This document shows positions 30,815 through 41,799 of a stretch of DNA of 64,000 nt, in pieces (position 1 is the first letter of the stretch; each line of letters opens with the position of its first letter). The DNA lies in contig CAVXLD010000001.1 in NCBI GenBank assembly GCA_963762565.1, forward strand, positions 591,612 through 655,611, given 5' to 3'. The notes below the pieces were generated by a model. That model did not search any database. It was not told where the DNA came from and worked only from the letters and a program-made list of their open reading frames with translations. Source of the stretch: an uncultured Verrucomicrobiae bacterium (lineage in GTDB: Bacteria; Verrucomicrobiota; Verrucomicrobiia; Chthoniobacterales; JAFAMB01). A program made the translations under genes and the position numbers.

Positions 30815-31831
30815 ATGCAGAAGAAAATGATTGAGGTGCAAAGGCAAGAACCAGGTGGGATAGCAGGCACATCTCGAACTGCTGGCGCTCGACGTAAGCG
30901 GGCCCGGGTTCCGGCGATTTATTTTTCGCTCGGGTTGTTGTTACTGCTGGTCGTGGTTTTCACTATCGGCAATGGGAATTTTATTTCCCCCTACAATCTC
31001 AATACCATTGCCAGTTACAGCGCGATTCTGTTGATGGTTGGTCTCGGCCAAATGAACCCGATTTTGATCGGGGGAATTGATCTCGCCGTGGGTGGTCTGA
31101 TCTCGTTCATTTCGGTGATCTTTATTACCTTGTTGAAGATAATCGGACCCTGGGCGTTTCCCATCTGCTTGGTCATCGCCGTGGCGTTCGGATTCGTGAA
31201 CGGCAATATTCTTACCCGGATCAAAATCCCCTCTTTTATTGCTACCCTTGGCACCGGAGGAATCCTCACCAGTCTGGCCCTTTTGATTTCGCCTTTGCCA
31301 GTCGACCTACCGCCCGCTGATTACGGGTTGTTGGGACTGGTTAATGGAAACATTCTGGGAGTGCCGAACCTGCTGCTACTGATGGTAGCCGGTTTCTTGT
31401 TTTTCTATCTGGTTCTGCGGTTCACCGTGTCCGGCCGCAGAATTTACTACACCGGCAGCAACATCAAGATGTCTTGGATGTCAGGAATCGACATCGTTAA
31501 AACGCGTAACCTGGCTTTCGCACTTTCGGGTCTGGGAGCAGGGATTGCTGCTATCATGTTATCTTGTACGCAGTTCGGCGGCGACCCGACCTCGGGCAAT
31601 GTCTATATCCTGCAATCCATCGCCGCGGTCGTGGTGGGTGGGACCGCCCTGACCGGCGGCACCGGCGGACCGATTAATACGGTCATTGGAACCTTGATTC
31701 TCGCGGTCATGGAAAACGGGATGAACGTGATCGGAGTAGACGCCTACTTCCAGCAGAGCATTCTGGGGCTCGTCATCATCATCAGTGTGGCCCTAACCTT
31801 CGACCGTAGTAAAACGGCGACGATTAAGTAA
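30815..31831 (+). CDS. Sugar ABC transporter permease 2
   Basis: GGIDLAVG, KIPSFIATLG, SIAAVVVGGTALTGG. Confidence 0.88.
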   Translation: MQKKMIEVQRQEPGGIAGTSRTAGARRKRARVPAIYFSLGLLLLLVVVFTIGNGNFISPYNLNTIASYSAILLMVGLGQMNPILIGGIDLAVGGLISFISVIFITLLKIIGPWAFPICLVIAVAFGFVNGNILTRIKIPSFIATLGTGGILTSLALLISPLPVDLPPADYGLLGLVNGNILGVPNLLLLMVAGFLFFYLVLRFTVSGRRIYYTGSNIKMSWMSGIDIVKTRNLAFALSGLGAGIAAIMLSCTQFGGDPTSGNVYILQSIAAVVVGGTALTGGTGGPINTVIGTLILAVMENGMNVIGVDAYFQQSILGLVIIISVALTFDRSKTATIK

Positions 31832-31849
31832 CGAAAAGATCACAACGAC

Positions 31850-32018
31850 GGGAATAGCCGCCAAAAGGCTAGAGCCTCGCGCAGAGGACGCAAAGGACGC
31901 TACGAAAAGCAAGGAGGGAATGTGGGTTCTCCTGCCTTTCGTTGCGTCCTTTGCGTCCTCTGCGCGAGGTTTACTTCTCTTTCCTTTGCAATCTTTGCGC
32001 CTTTTTTGCGGCTATTCT
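31850..32018. repeat. Nested 9-mer inverted repeat between convergent genes (possible terminator role)
   Basis: cctcgcgcagaggacgcaaaggacgc ... gcgtcctttgcgtcctctgcgcgagg inside gaatagccgc ... gcggctattc. Confidence 0.8.
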
Positions 32019-32104
32019 GTCCTGGCTCTGCTTTTGGACTCCAGGTTACTGGCTCCTCTCCCGCTATCCCCCTCGAATTCTCCGACTTCGCAAAGCCGCA
32101 AAAA

Positions 32105-35100
32105 TCACTCCTTGATGAAATCGAAGATGCCGGCTCGGGAACCTATCCGTTTGCCTGTGCCGCGATTGCCCTTGAATTGGGCGGCTATATCATAACTATA
32201 CGGCGTTCCCGGCCGTGCGTTGTTCATACTGTACTGCTGTGGCCCCGTGGTACCGGCGAGATGTAAGATAGCGTTCCCATCCGGTTTTATTTCCCCCCTG
32301 ATTTGGAAGTGGCTGTGAACGTTGTACTCCGCGTATAGAACTCCGTTCTTAATCGTAGCTGCAAAATTAATGTGATAGCCCTTCGCAACCGCACCGGTAA
32401 CAGGATCTTTGTAATCGGACGTTTCCATTGTGACTGACCACAGGCCATCGAAATTGCCGGTTGCCCGCTGCTCAGTTGGGGTTGCGACGGGGCGACTTGG
32501 AGTTGGCGCCACTAACGCTAGTTTCCGCGAAGGTGTTGGCGTCGCGACACGAGTGGAGTTGGCTGTGGGGGTGGCAACCACTAAGGGACTCGGCGTGGAG
32601 ATGGGGCTGGGAGCCGAAGTTGTGGTCGCAACCGAAGGAGTCGGCATCGCGACTACGAGTGGAGTGGTTGTCGGGGGTAGCGACAACCACGGGACTCGGC
32701 GACGGTGCTGTCGGAGCAGGGGTCGGAGTGGCAAGCGCCACCGGCGGCGGAGCTTCGGGAGCGATCGGCGATGGTGTTGCCGTCAGAACCAAAGGAGCCT
32801 GGGTTTCAGGTGTGGTCGGTCGAGGACCTAAAAAGCGAATCGCGCCGGCAATCCCGAGCGCCACAAGGAAGAGGGCCCCAACGATCGTCCAAATGAGCAC
32901 CCTTCGTTTTGGACGGGGCGCAGCAACCGGCGCCGGAGAAAGCTGGACGGCAGACGGCTCCGCGGATGCTGATACCGAATTGGTGGTTGGTCGGGCCGGT
33001 GTAGCGATGCTGTCATTCAGCGCATTCCAGAACTCCTGGCAGGTGCGATACTTGCCGTCGCGGCCGACGCACGCGAGTCGCAGGATCTCATTACTGGCCT
33101 GATCCAGGACAGGCAAAGGCGTATAGGTTTGCGCATCGATTCTCCGAGCCGGGGCCCGGCCCCCGAGCAGTTCGTACACCAGCCTACCATAAAGACGCAC
33201 TGCTTTGGTCCCCTGGATCCCCGCCTCTGCCTGCGTCATAGAAAGAACTCGGCTGGCAGGAACGATGGTCTGACGATCCCAGCCGTTCCGGCTCCGGAAC
33301 AGCAACGGAGCTACACTCAAAGGGTTCAGTTTCAAATGGCATTTACTCAATCCTTCGGCGTCACCCTTGGCTACAGCCTCAAACCCCTCGCCTTCGACCG
33401 GGCAGACGACCAAGATTTTTCGAACACTGACATCCACCAGCCCCAGCCCTTGACCAGCAACGAAATCGAGGGTCTCGGCCAATGGGTTAAGTAGGGCTCG
33501 CAGCTCAACCGGCTTTAACGACTGCCGCCATCGGAGGAGGTCGTAGAGCCCAAAGCCATGGACCCATTCACGCACAATGCAGGGGCCCTGCGAGGAGCGC
33601 TCCAGCCGGTAATAACGAATTAGATGCGGGTGCGTGCCTTGTTGGATCACGCCCAGCTCGTTCTCCACCAAATCAAGCAGCGCCGGGTCGGCGGCGATGC
33701 CCGGATGCAACAGTTTAATGCCCACTTCCGAGGGTTGATTGCTTGTGTTCTGCTCATCCATCGCCCGAAAAAGGCGCCCTCCGTTTCCCTCCCGCTCCTC
33801 CGACATCAGCCGATACCGGTCAGCCAGCAGGGTTCCCGTCTGCACCGCCAGGTAATTATCAAACAACGGCGAAGCCAGGGGTGCTCGGGCAATTGGTTCC
33901 AGATCCTCTTTTTGTTTCTCGCCGGGCAAAGCCTCCTTCTCGGCTTCGCTAACCACGGATCGCGAGGACGCGATCCCTCCCGGGGTTATGATCCGTTCAG
34001 GCACGGCTCCGAACTCGGCTGAAAGCCGAGTCGCCGCTGCCTCAATCGCCTCTTGCAGTTCCGCAGGCGTTTGGAACCGGTCATTCGGACTCTTTTCCAG
34101 CATCCGGCGAAGCACTGAAATCACCGGTTCCGGTACCTGAGTCAATTGATCGAACGGCGGAGGTTTGATCATCTGTGCGACCATCACTTCTCCGACTGAG
34201 CCGGAGAAAGGCCGCTTCCCGCTGAGCAGATACCAAAGCGTTACCCCAAGAGAGTAGATATCAGATCGGACATCGAGTTTTTTCGCTTCGCATTGCTCCG
34301 GGCTGGCAAACGCTGGGCTACCGACGAAGTCCTGGGTTCGAGTGATTTTCGCGGCATCCAAGGTGTCCGCTCCTGCGCCTTTGGCGAGACCGAAATCAAT
34401 GAGTTTAACGTCCAGAGAGCCTGACCGGTTCGCGATCGCCATGATATTGGACGGTTTGATGTCTCGGTGAATCAGCTCATGGGCCTGGGCCGCTTCCAAG
34501 GCTTGAGCAACTTGCAACGCCACTCGGAGCGCGGTCGCCGGTGAGACGGGACCATGCCCGGCGATATAACGTTCCAGATCTTCACCCTCGACAAACTCCA
34601 TGGCGTAGAAGTAGGCATCTTGCTCTTCCCCGAATTGAAAGATGGTCGCGACATGGGGGTGATGAATTAAGGCGGCGGCTTGGGCTTCTCGCAGAAACCG
34701 ATGTTTGGCTTGCCGGCTTTGCAATAGCTCGCCTGCGATCACCTTCAGCGCGACCGGCCGATTCAGCACTGTGTCGATCGCCTTGTAGGTAACACCCATA
34801 CCGCCCTTGCCCAGCCGGAACAGGGACCCATCCGGGTGGCGCAGGATCCGGAAATGCGCAAACGTTTCTGGAGTCGCCTCCTCTGCCTCCTCGTCTTCGG
34901 GTTGCCTTGAAGAGTCCTTTAGTAATGCGCGCGCATGTTGGAGCAGAGTCGGGAAATGTTGGGAAGGGGGCAGAGGCCGAAAGCCGTCGACCCATTGGTC
35001 AGCTCCCAGAAAATAGGCTAGATCGTCCGCGGGTGCGATCGGTTCGACTCGGAACGTTAACAGATGGTTCTGGCAATGAGCCGCCCGTTCCACCTCTCGC

Positions 35101-35366
35101 AACACATGCTTGGAGCGATTGGATGCCTGGGTTAGGACGAGAAGCAAGATGCGAGCCTCGCGAATTGCCTGGGTGATTTGCCCGGAGTAAGGGCGACCAC
35201 CTTGTACATCACGGGGCGCAATCCAACAACGGACATCGCCGGCTTCGAACGACGCGCAGATGGCATCAGCGATAACCTGGTTTTCGCTGGCATAAGAAAT
35301 AAAAACCGTATGTGGCCATCTGCCTATGTTCGCTGGACGCGCCAACGGCGTATTCGCTTCGCTCAT
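32105..35366 (-). CDS. TIR - Ser/Thr kinase - degenerate kinase - TM - Pro/Thr linker - extracellular domain protein (frameshift near 32670)
   Basis: TIR: VFISYAS...CWIAPRD...REVERA. Kinase: GKGGMG, VALK, HRDIKPSN, DFG, SPE. The second kinase-like region lacks HRD/DFG. TM LIWTIVGALFLVALGIAGAI; ATP repeats continue into ORF 32105..32734. Confidence 0.82.
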
Positions 35367-35511
35367 GAATCGAAGTCTTTGTTAATAGACGACAGAACAG
35401 AACGCGCTTGCGTTGAAAGATGTTCAGCCTCTGGCTCATGAGGTTAGCGACTAGGCCCAAAAGATTCAATATCTTACACCACTCGATCCACGGCTGTAAC
35501 CGGGTGATAAC

Positions 35512-35615
35512 GGAGGCCGATGAGGGGTCGCCACCCGTGGAGCGCTGCCTCGCTTGCGAGGCCGATGAGGGGTCGCCAACCGTGAGAGCACTGCCTCGCT
35601 TGCGAGGCCGATGGT
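35512..35615. repeat. Tandem ~45-bp copies of the GTGGAGCGC-GCCTCGCTTGCGAGGC REP-like unit
   Basis: gaggccgatgaggggtcgcca-ccgtggagcgctgcctcgcttgc repeated about 2.3 times. Confidence 0.8.
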
Positions 35616-35667
35616 GATCAGAGAGACTTTGTCGCCTTCCGGGATCTTAGGGATTGTTTTCCATGCC

Positions 35668-35687
35668 GTGACACGCTACCGTGTCAC
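35668..35687. promoter_or_regulatory. Perfect palindrome upstream of the TA operon (probable autorepression operator)
   Basis: GTGACACG-ctac-CGTGTCAC, 5 bp before ATG 35693. Confidence 0.55.
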
Positions 35688-35692
35688 ACATC

Positions 35693-36016
35693 ATGGATGT
35701 TAAAAAAGACACACCGAAAAGGCGGCTCCGCATGCCAAAGACATCGGTAGGCAGCACGAATCTCAAGGCCGTGAAATCGGTCAGCATTCGGGCGCTTCGA
35801 ACGGATTGGCGCCGCGTGAAAGCCATGGTCACGCGAGGAGCGAAGGTTGTGGTTACCGACAATGGGGTCCCCATCATGCAACTTGTTCCACTCGAGCAGC
35901 CTGTCGGCGCCGAAATCGATTGGCTCGCACACCTGGAGAAGATCCGAGCAATCGCGGGAGGCAAAACCACAGGTGGAAACGCTGTCTTGGAGGAGAGAGC
36001 GTCTTATAAGTCGTGA
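35693..36016 (+). CDS. Phd/YefM-type antitoxin
   Basis: SVSIRALRTDW...VVVTDNGVPIMQLVP; GTGA/TAA-type overlap with the PIN toxin start. Confidence 0.75.
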   Translation: MDVKKDTPKRRLRMPKTSVGSTNLKAVKSVSIRALRTDWRRVKAMVTRGAKVVVTDNGVPIMQLVPLEQPVGAEIDWLAHLEKIRAIAGGKTTGGNAVLEERASYKS

Positions 36017-36453
36017 CCTACTTCGATACAAGTGTTCTGGTAGCCTTTTACGCAAACGAAAGGTCCGCGCTGGAAGCAGCGAGGTCCCTGGCTGGCAGCC
36101 ACCATCCGGCGCCATTTAATCGTATCTTGGAGCTCGAGCTCCGAAATGCGATCCGGCGCAAGGTTCCCAGGAGGGAAGCGACACCCACTCAAGTCCGCGG
36201 TTTTCTACGCCAGTTAGTTTCTGATTTGACTCAAGGAATTCTCGCGTGGCAGGTATTCGACTTCGACCGAGTATTTGATCGGGCTGAGACCCTTGGCACC
36301 CGATTCACCGAGCAGCTCGACACTCGCTCATTCGATATACTTCATGTCTCGATTGCAATCGAGACCGGCTGTGACGCGTTTCATACTTTTGACCACGACC
36401 AGAGACGACTCGCTGCCGCCGCTGGCCTCACCACCAATCCGATTACTCGGTAG
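36013..36453 (+). CDS. vapC: VapC PIN-domain toxin
   Basis: YFDTSVLV, ELELRNAI, RSFDILHVSIA, FHTFDHDQ. Confidence 0.85.
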   Translation: MTYFDTSVLVAFYANERSALEAARSLAGSHHPAPFNRILELELRNAIRRKVPRREATPTQVRGFLRQLVSDLTQGILAWQVFDFDRVFDRAETLGTRFTEQLDTRSFDILHVSIAIETGCDAFHTFDHDQRRLAAAAGLTTNPITR

Positions 36454-36491
36454 GAAAGCTGCCGGATCATGCGCTTCGTCTTGGCTATTGG

Positions 36492-38918
36492 TTATTCGCG
36501 AAGCGCGATCACCGGGTTAATTCTGATGGCGCGTACGGTGGGAATTAGACAGGCTAAAACAGCGGCTAGCGTAAGCGCGGCGATAACGAACGCGATGGTC
36601 GCCGGATCATAACTAGTTATCCCGTAGAGCAAGCCCGATAGGGATTGACCCAGAACCAGGGCTGACACGATTCCCAACGTTAAACCGACAAAAACGATCT
36701 TCATCCCCTGCCAGAACACGATCTGGACAACATCGATGATTTGCGCTCCAACCGCGACCCGGATCCCGATCTCCCGTGTACGCAGGCTGACTGAACGCGC
36801 TAGTATTGCATACACACCGACCAGCGAAAGAGTCAGAGCAAACATCGAGAATAAGGTCACCACTAGCAGGGTTACCTGACGAGTCTCGAACGATTTGGAG
36901 ATGAGATCATCCAGCGTACCTGAAGCAGACAACGGCACATCCGGGTCCAGCGATGCCACCGCCTTTTGAATCGCGGGCAGCAGCGAAATAGCATTACCGG
37001 CGTTGCGAACGACTAAGGTGCAGTCATTTTGCTCCTGTCGATAAGGATGCGGTTGCCCCAGTGGAAAATAAGTCTGAAACAAGATGTATTGCCGTGCCGG
37101 ATTCAGCTGATAGACCGTCGGAACCACTCCTACGATGGTGTAATTCGTACGGGTCAGCCCGAGGGTTTCACCAAAATCATGGATCTGTTTCCCGATGGGG
37201 TTTTGTCCGGGGAAATAGGTGTTGGCCAACGTTTGGTTAACAATCACAACTTTATTCCGGCCCAGCTGATCCTGAGCATCAAATGCGCGCCCTTGTAATA
37301 GCGGGATTTGGAGTGCCCGAAAGTAATCGGGCGAAATAACCTCTAAAGTAAATCTCGGTTTATGGCCGCTGTCAGGCTCGGGCTGGCCGACAACCGCAAA
37401 CGGTCCCGCAAAGCCCTCGTTATCTTCCAGTGAGAAAGGTAACACATCGGCGGTACCGACCGCCGTCACCCCGGGTAGTTTAAGGACTTTTTCAATAATG
37501 ACAGCGAAGAAGGTTTTCCAGTCCGCTAGGGTTCGGTATTTAGACTCCGGAAGATAGATGTCGGTTATTAATAAATTGTTAGGATTGAATCCTAATGGAA
37601 CCTGGCGCAGCGCTTGAAGACTTCGAGCCAACAAGATACAGCCAAACAGTAAAATCGATGCGATCGCCACTTGACACACAATCAGTACAAACTGGGTTCT
37701 TTGCCGCTGCGGGCTACGCGTGCCGCCGAATGTTCCTTTAGTTCGGAGCGCGGAAGTGAGATCAACCCTGGATTGGGCAAAGGCCGGAAACGAGCCGGCC
37801 AGGAGCGAGACGAAAACGGTGGTTCCAAGTACCAGCACAAAGGCGAGGTTGTCGAACTCGAGCTCTTCAAACCGGGGAATACCGGACGGGGCAAGGATCC
37901 TTATCAAACTAACGCCCCAGTGCCCCAGAATGAAGCCGGCAGCTCCGCCGGCCAATGAAAGGACCATCGTCTCACCCATTAGTTGCAGAACGAGACGGGT
38001 TTTGCTGGCTCCGAGAGACGCCCGGATCATCATTTCTTTCTGACGCTCCAGACTTCTCGCGAGATGTAGCCCGGCGACATTGGCGCAGGCAATCACTAAA
38101 AGCAGAGCAACCGACCCTCCAATCAGCCAAAGTGTAGAAGGAAAATCGCCCACCACACTGTCCAGCAAGGGAGCAACCCGGACCGTGATGGTCTTATGGT
38201 TATCGGGAAACCGGGCAGCCAAGCTCTTGGCGGTGATTTCAAGATCCGCCTGCGCCTGTCGGAGAGTCACCCCCTCGGCCAACCTTCCGATGCACCAGCA
38301 GCCATGGTTTGCGCGATCGGTTCGAAGCTCGTCCAGCTCCGGCAACAGGTTAAACGGCAGATAAACGCTCGCAATTTCGTCGGACCGTTGACGGCATACA
38401 CCGATTATTTCGTAGCTAACTTGGTTAAGCTGCACCTTGGCGCCTACAACTGTGGGATCAGCCCGGAAACGTTCGCGCCAGAAACGTTCACCCAGAATGA
38501 CGACCGTTGCTGTGTCCGCCCGGTCTTCACCGGGCCCGAACGGCCGCCCCGCCAGCAAAGGTCTACCTAGTGTTTGGAAATAATTTGCGGTAACAAAGCT
38601 TCCAGTGAGATGCACTGGATCACCTTGGCCAGTGAGAACCAGATCATTATTGTAACTAACCGCTAAGTTTTGGAACGAATGTTGATTGGCACAAAAATCC
38701 AGGTAGTCCGGATAACACATCCGAAACGTCTGTAAATTCCGTAGCGGCTGAAAGACCTCCACTAGTTGATCCGCCCGCGGATAAGGCAACGGCTTTAGTA
38801 AGACCGACTCAATCAAACTAAAGATTGCCGTGTTAGCGCCGATCCCGAGGGCGAGGATTGCTATCGCGGTGATGGTGAAGGCGGGGGACTTGAGGAGGAG
38901 GCGGAGCGTGTGGCGCAT
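36492..38918 (-). CDS. ADOP-like duplicated ABC permease (array 2, last gene)
   Basis: ORF 36492..38999; likely start ATG 38918 ([14 protein letters not shown]); ends NPVIALRE. Confidence 0.9.
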   Translation of the reverse strand: MRHTLRLLLKSPAFTITAIAILALGIGANTAIFSLIESVLLKPLPYPRADQLVEVFQPLRNLQTFRMCYPDYLDFCANQHSFQNLAVSYNNDLVLTGQGDPVHLTGSFVTANYFQTLGRPLLAGRPFGPGEDRADTATVVILGERFWRERFRADPTVVGAKVQLNQVSYEIIGVCRQRSDEIASVYLPFNLLPELDELRTDRANHGCWCIGRLAEGVTLRQAQADLEITAKSLAARFPDNHKTITVRVAPLLDSVVGDFPSTLWLIGGSVALLLVIACANVAGLHLARSLERQKEMMIRASLGASKTRLVLQLMGETMVLSLAGGAAGFILGHWGVSLIRILAPSGIPRFEELEFDNLAFVLVLGTTVFVSLLAGSFPAFAQSRVDLTSALRTKGTFGGTRSPQRQRTQFVLIVCQVAIASILLFGCILLARSLQALRQVPLGFNPNNLLITDIYLPESKYRTLADWKTFFAVIIEKVLKLPGVTAVGTADVLPFSLEDNEGFAGPFAVVGQPEPDSGHKPRFTLEVISPDYFRALQIPLLQGRAFDAQDQLGRNKVVIVNQTLANTYFPGQNPIGKQIHDFGETLGLTRTNYTIVGVVPTVYQLNPARQYILFQTYFPLGQPHPYRQEQNDCTLVVRNAGNAISLLPAIQKAVASLDPDVPLSASGTLDDLISKSFETRQVTLLVVTLFSMFALTLSLVGVYAILARSVSLRTREIGIRVAVGAQIIDVVQIVFWQGMKIVFVGLTLGIVSALVLGQSLSGLLYGITSYDPATIAFVIAALTLAAVLACLIPTVRAIRINPVIALRE

Positions 38919-39125
38919 GGTGGTGAAAGGTGATTGGTGATCGGTGAGTCGTGATTGGTAGGGCGAGGCTCCCGACTCGAGTCTAGGACGTCTTCGCAAG
39001 GCGTCATAGTGCTTTTCTTGAAATGATTAGTTGCGCCCAAGACTGCCGAGCCGGTTCCAACGCGTGCAATCTCCTAGCGTTATTTGTCAGTTGTCATTTG
39101 TCATGCGCTTCGCCTTGGCTATTGG

Positions 39126-41550
39126 TCATTCGCGTAGCGCCGTGATCGGGTTGACGCGCGCGGCTCGAAGCGCGGGGATAAGGCATGCCACTATGCCGGA
39201 CAGGCCTAAAACCAGGATCGTTACGCCGAGCGTCATCGGATCAAGTGGACTGACTCCGTAAAGTAGGTTTGCGATGGCACGTGCAAAACCTGCTGCACCA
39301 ACTATACCAATTATCATGCCAAGGCCGATGAGCTTGACGCCGCGGAGAACCACCCAGTTTAAATGTTCATCTGATCAGCGCCCAGCGCCATGCGGACACC
39401 GATCTCTTTCGTTTGCCGAGCAACATAACCGGCTAGAAGGGCATAAATGCCGACTACCGATAGCGATAAGGCCACAGCGGAAAAGCTGCCGGCAACCGTT
39501 AACTCCATCTTCCGGGTTACGAATTTACCTGCCAGCGTTTGGTCGAATGTCGTTAGCTGACCAATAGGGACATCTGGGTCGACCAAAGCCATTGCTTTTT
39601 TAAGCTGAGGTAGCAGGCGACTGGGATCGGCCTTAGAGCGCAAAAGCAGTTGTTCGGCGTACGCCGGGTCCTGCGTGTACGGGTAGTATTCCTGAAATGG
39701 GGTATCACTATAGTCAGCCGTGTTCTGTCGCACGTGCGGTACAACTCCGACGATGGTAAAGATTGTGACCCCTCTCCCATCCGCTGTAGGAGAGCTAATT
39801 TGCTTTCCCAACGGGTCCATACCGGGGAAATAGCGATCAACCAGAGCCTGATCGACGATGATCACTTTCTGGCGATCCGACTTATCGTTCGCGTTGAAGT
39901 CCCGTCCTCGTAAGATCGGTATACCCATGGTCTGGAAATAACCCGGCGAAATCCGATAGGTATTGAATTTAGCGGTATGGGCGGGATCTGGTTCTGTTTG
40001 TCCGGTGACCCAGAACGGCGAAGACCAGCCATTACTACTTAAGAACGGAGGTCTGTCGTTCAACGCTGCGTCAGTGATCTCAGGAATTTGCCGCGTCTCC
40101 TCCAGCAGTCTGTCGAAGAAAAGGCGCATCCGACCTAGATCTGCGGTATAGTTGCGGTTGGTTAGTATAATCGGGACTGAGATAAGCCGGTTTAGATCGA
40201 ACCCCGTGGGAGTATTCGCAACTGCTTGAAAACTGGAGATGAGCAGCCCTACTCCAAAGAGCAGGACAAATGCTAGCGCAACTTGGGCGACCACCAACCA
40301 GGAATGCATTTGTTGCTGCGGCTTAGAAGCTCCACCACTATGGCCCTTTGGCAGCGATGCCAGGTTGATGCTAGACAGGTTCCACGCCGGCAATAATCCC
40401 GCCAGCACCGCAACCAAAACCGTGAGGCCAAGTACAAAGAGGAGCGCCGTCACGACCTAGATGAGCCTCTTGAAAACGATACAGATCTTGCGGACTTAAG
40501 CTTTTTATTACGCTCAAGGCCCACGAGCCTAGAACCATTCCGAAGAGCGCGCCGGCCGTTGTGAGAACGGTCGTTTCTATGAGCACCTCACTAATAAGCC
40601 GGCGACGAGATGCGCCGACCGAAGCTTTGATGACCATCTCGCGTCGCCGCTCAAGTGATCTAGTAAACAGGAGGCAGCCCACGTTTACGCTCGATATCGC
40701 AAGCAGACCGACCGCAGCTGCAGCGAGCAGCCAAATAGTCGAATGATAGTCACTCCGTCATTGCATCCAACAACGGAACAATCCGAAGTACGTATCCCTG
40801 CTCCGTTACAGGGTATCGACTGGCCACTTGCGAGTAGATACGACCCAAGTCTGCCTCTGCTTGAGCCGCATTGATTCCGTCTTTTAACCTACCAAAACAA
40901 TCTATCCAGTGGGAGCTTCGATCCCACAGGTTAAGATTCAAAGTAGTTACTAAATTGTTAATGGGCGCATAGGCATCGATTGGAGGAGGTCCCCAATCAT
41001 CGACTTGAGATTGCGAAACGCCGATGATCCGAAAGCTCTGACCGCTAAGCACGATACTTTTGCCAATAACGCCGGGATCCGAGTTAAAACGCTTTCGCCA
41101 AAATTGTTCGCTCAGCACAATCAATAACGGACCGTTCGGAATATCCTCTTCTTCCGTGAACGATCTCCCAAGAATCAAAGGACGGCCCGTGACGCGAAAT
41201 ATTCCGGGTGACGCAAAGTCCACGTTGACGCGCGTGGAATAATCCCCTTCGCGCCAATCAAGCCAGTCGCCTCCATCACTAACGCACAAAGTATCGAAAC
41301 TCCGTTGATCAGCAGCGAGGTCAATAAAATCAGGATAGTCGAAATTCGTTCGGCCACTGTTGGGAGCCCGCAGCACCACTTTGACCAATCGATTCGGGTC
41401 GGGATATGGCAAAGGCTTGAGCAGAACTCCATCGATCAGACTGAAAACCGCGGTATTAGCGCCAATACCGAAGGCCAGGATTACGATCGCGGTGATGGTG
41501 AACGCTGGGGACTTAAGTAGGATGCGGAGCGTGTGGCGAAGCCCGAGCAT
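39126..41550 (-). CDS. ADOP-like permease split into four fragments by three frameshifts (sequencing error or pseudogene)
   Basis: ORFs 40750..41550, 40371..40682, 39359..40453 and 39126..39353 are colinear parts of one ~808 aa permease. Confidence 0.78.
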
Positions 41551-41600
41551 GGTGAAAGGTGAGAAGTGAAAGGTGAAAGGTGAAGGAGCTAGGAGCTACC

Positions 41601-41786
41601 CGTGGAGCGCGCCTCGCTTGCGAGGCCGTGGTAAGCAGGGCTGAAGATTGGTCAGGGGCATCGTCGAGCTGCGCTCTGGGGTATGAAAAGGCAGACGTTC
41701 GTAACATAGAGTGATGAGCGTAATAAGGTGATGCGTTACTAGGTCCTTTGTTCACCACGGCCTCGCAAGCGAGGCAGCGCTCCACG
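41601..41786. mobile_element. ~185-bp REPIN/MITE-like element with long terminal inverted repeats (copy 1)
   Basis: cgtggagcgcgcctcgcttgcgaggccgtggt ... accacggcctcgcaagcgaggcagcgctccacg; near-identical copy at 44295-44478. Confidence 0.75.
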
Positions 41787-41799
41787 TTTGCGCTATTGG

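Noticed and set aside
35512-35615. Possible mini CRISPR array
   Set aside because: The units are contiguous tandem REP-like copies without unique spacers, and there are no cas genes.
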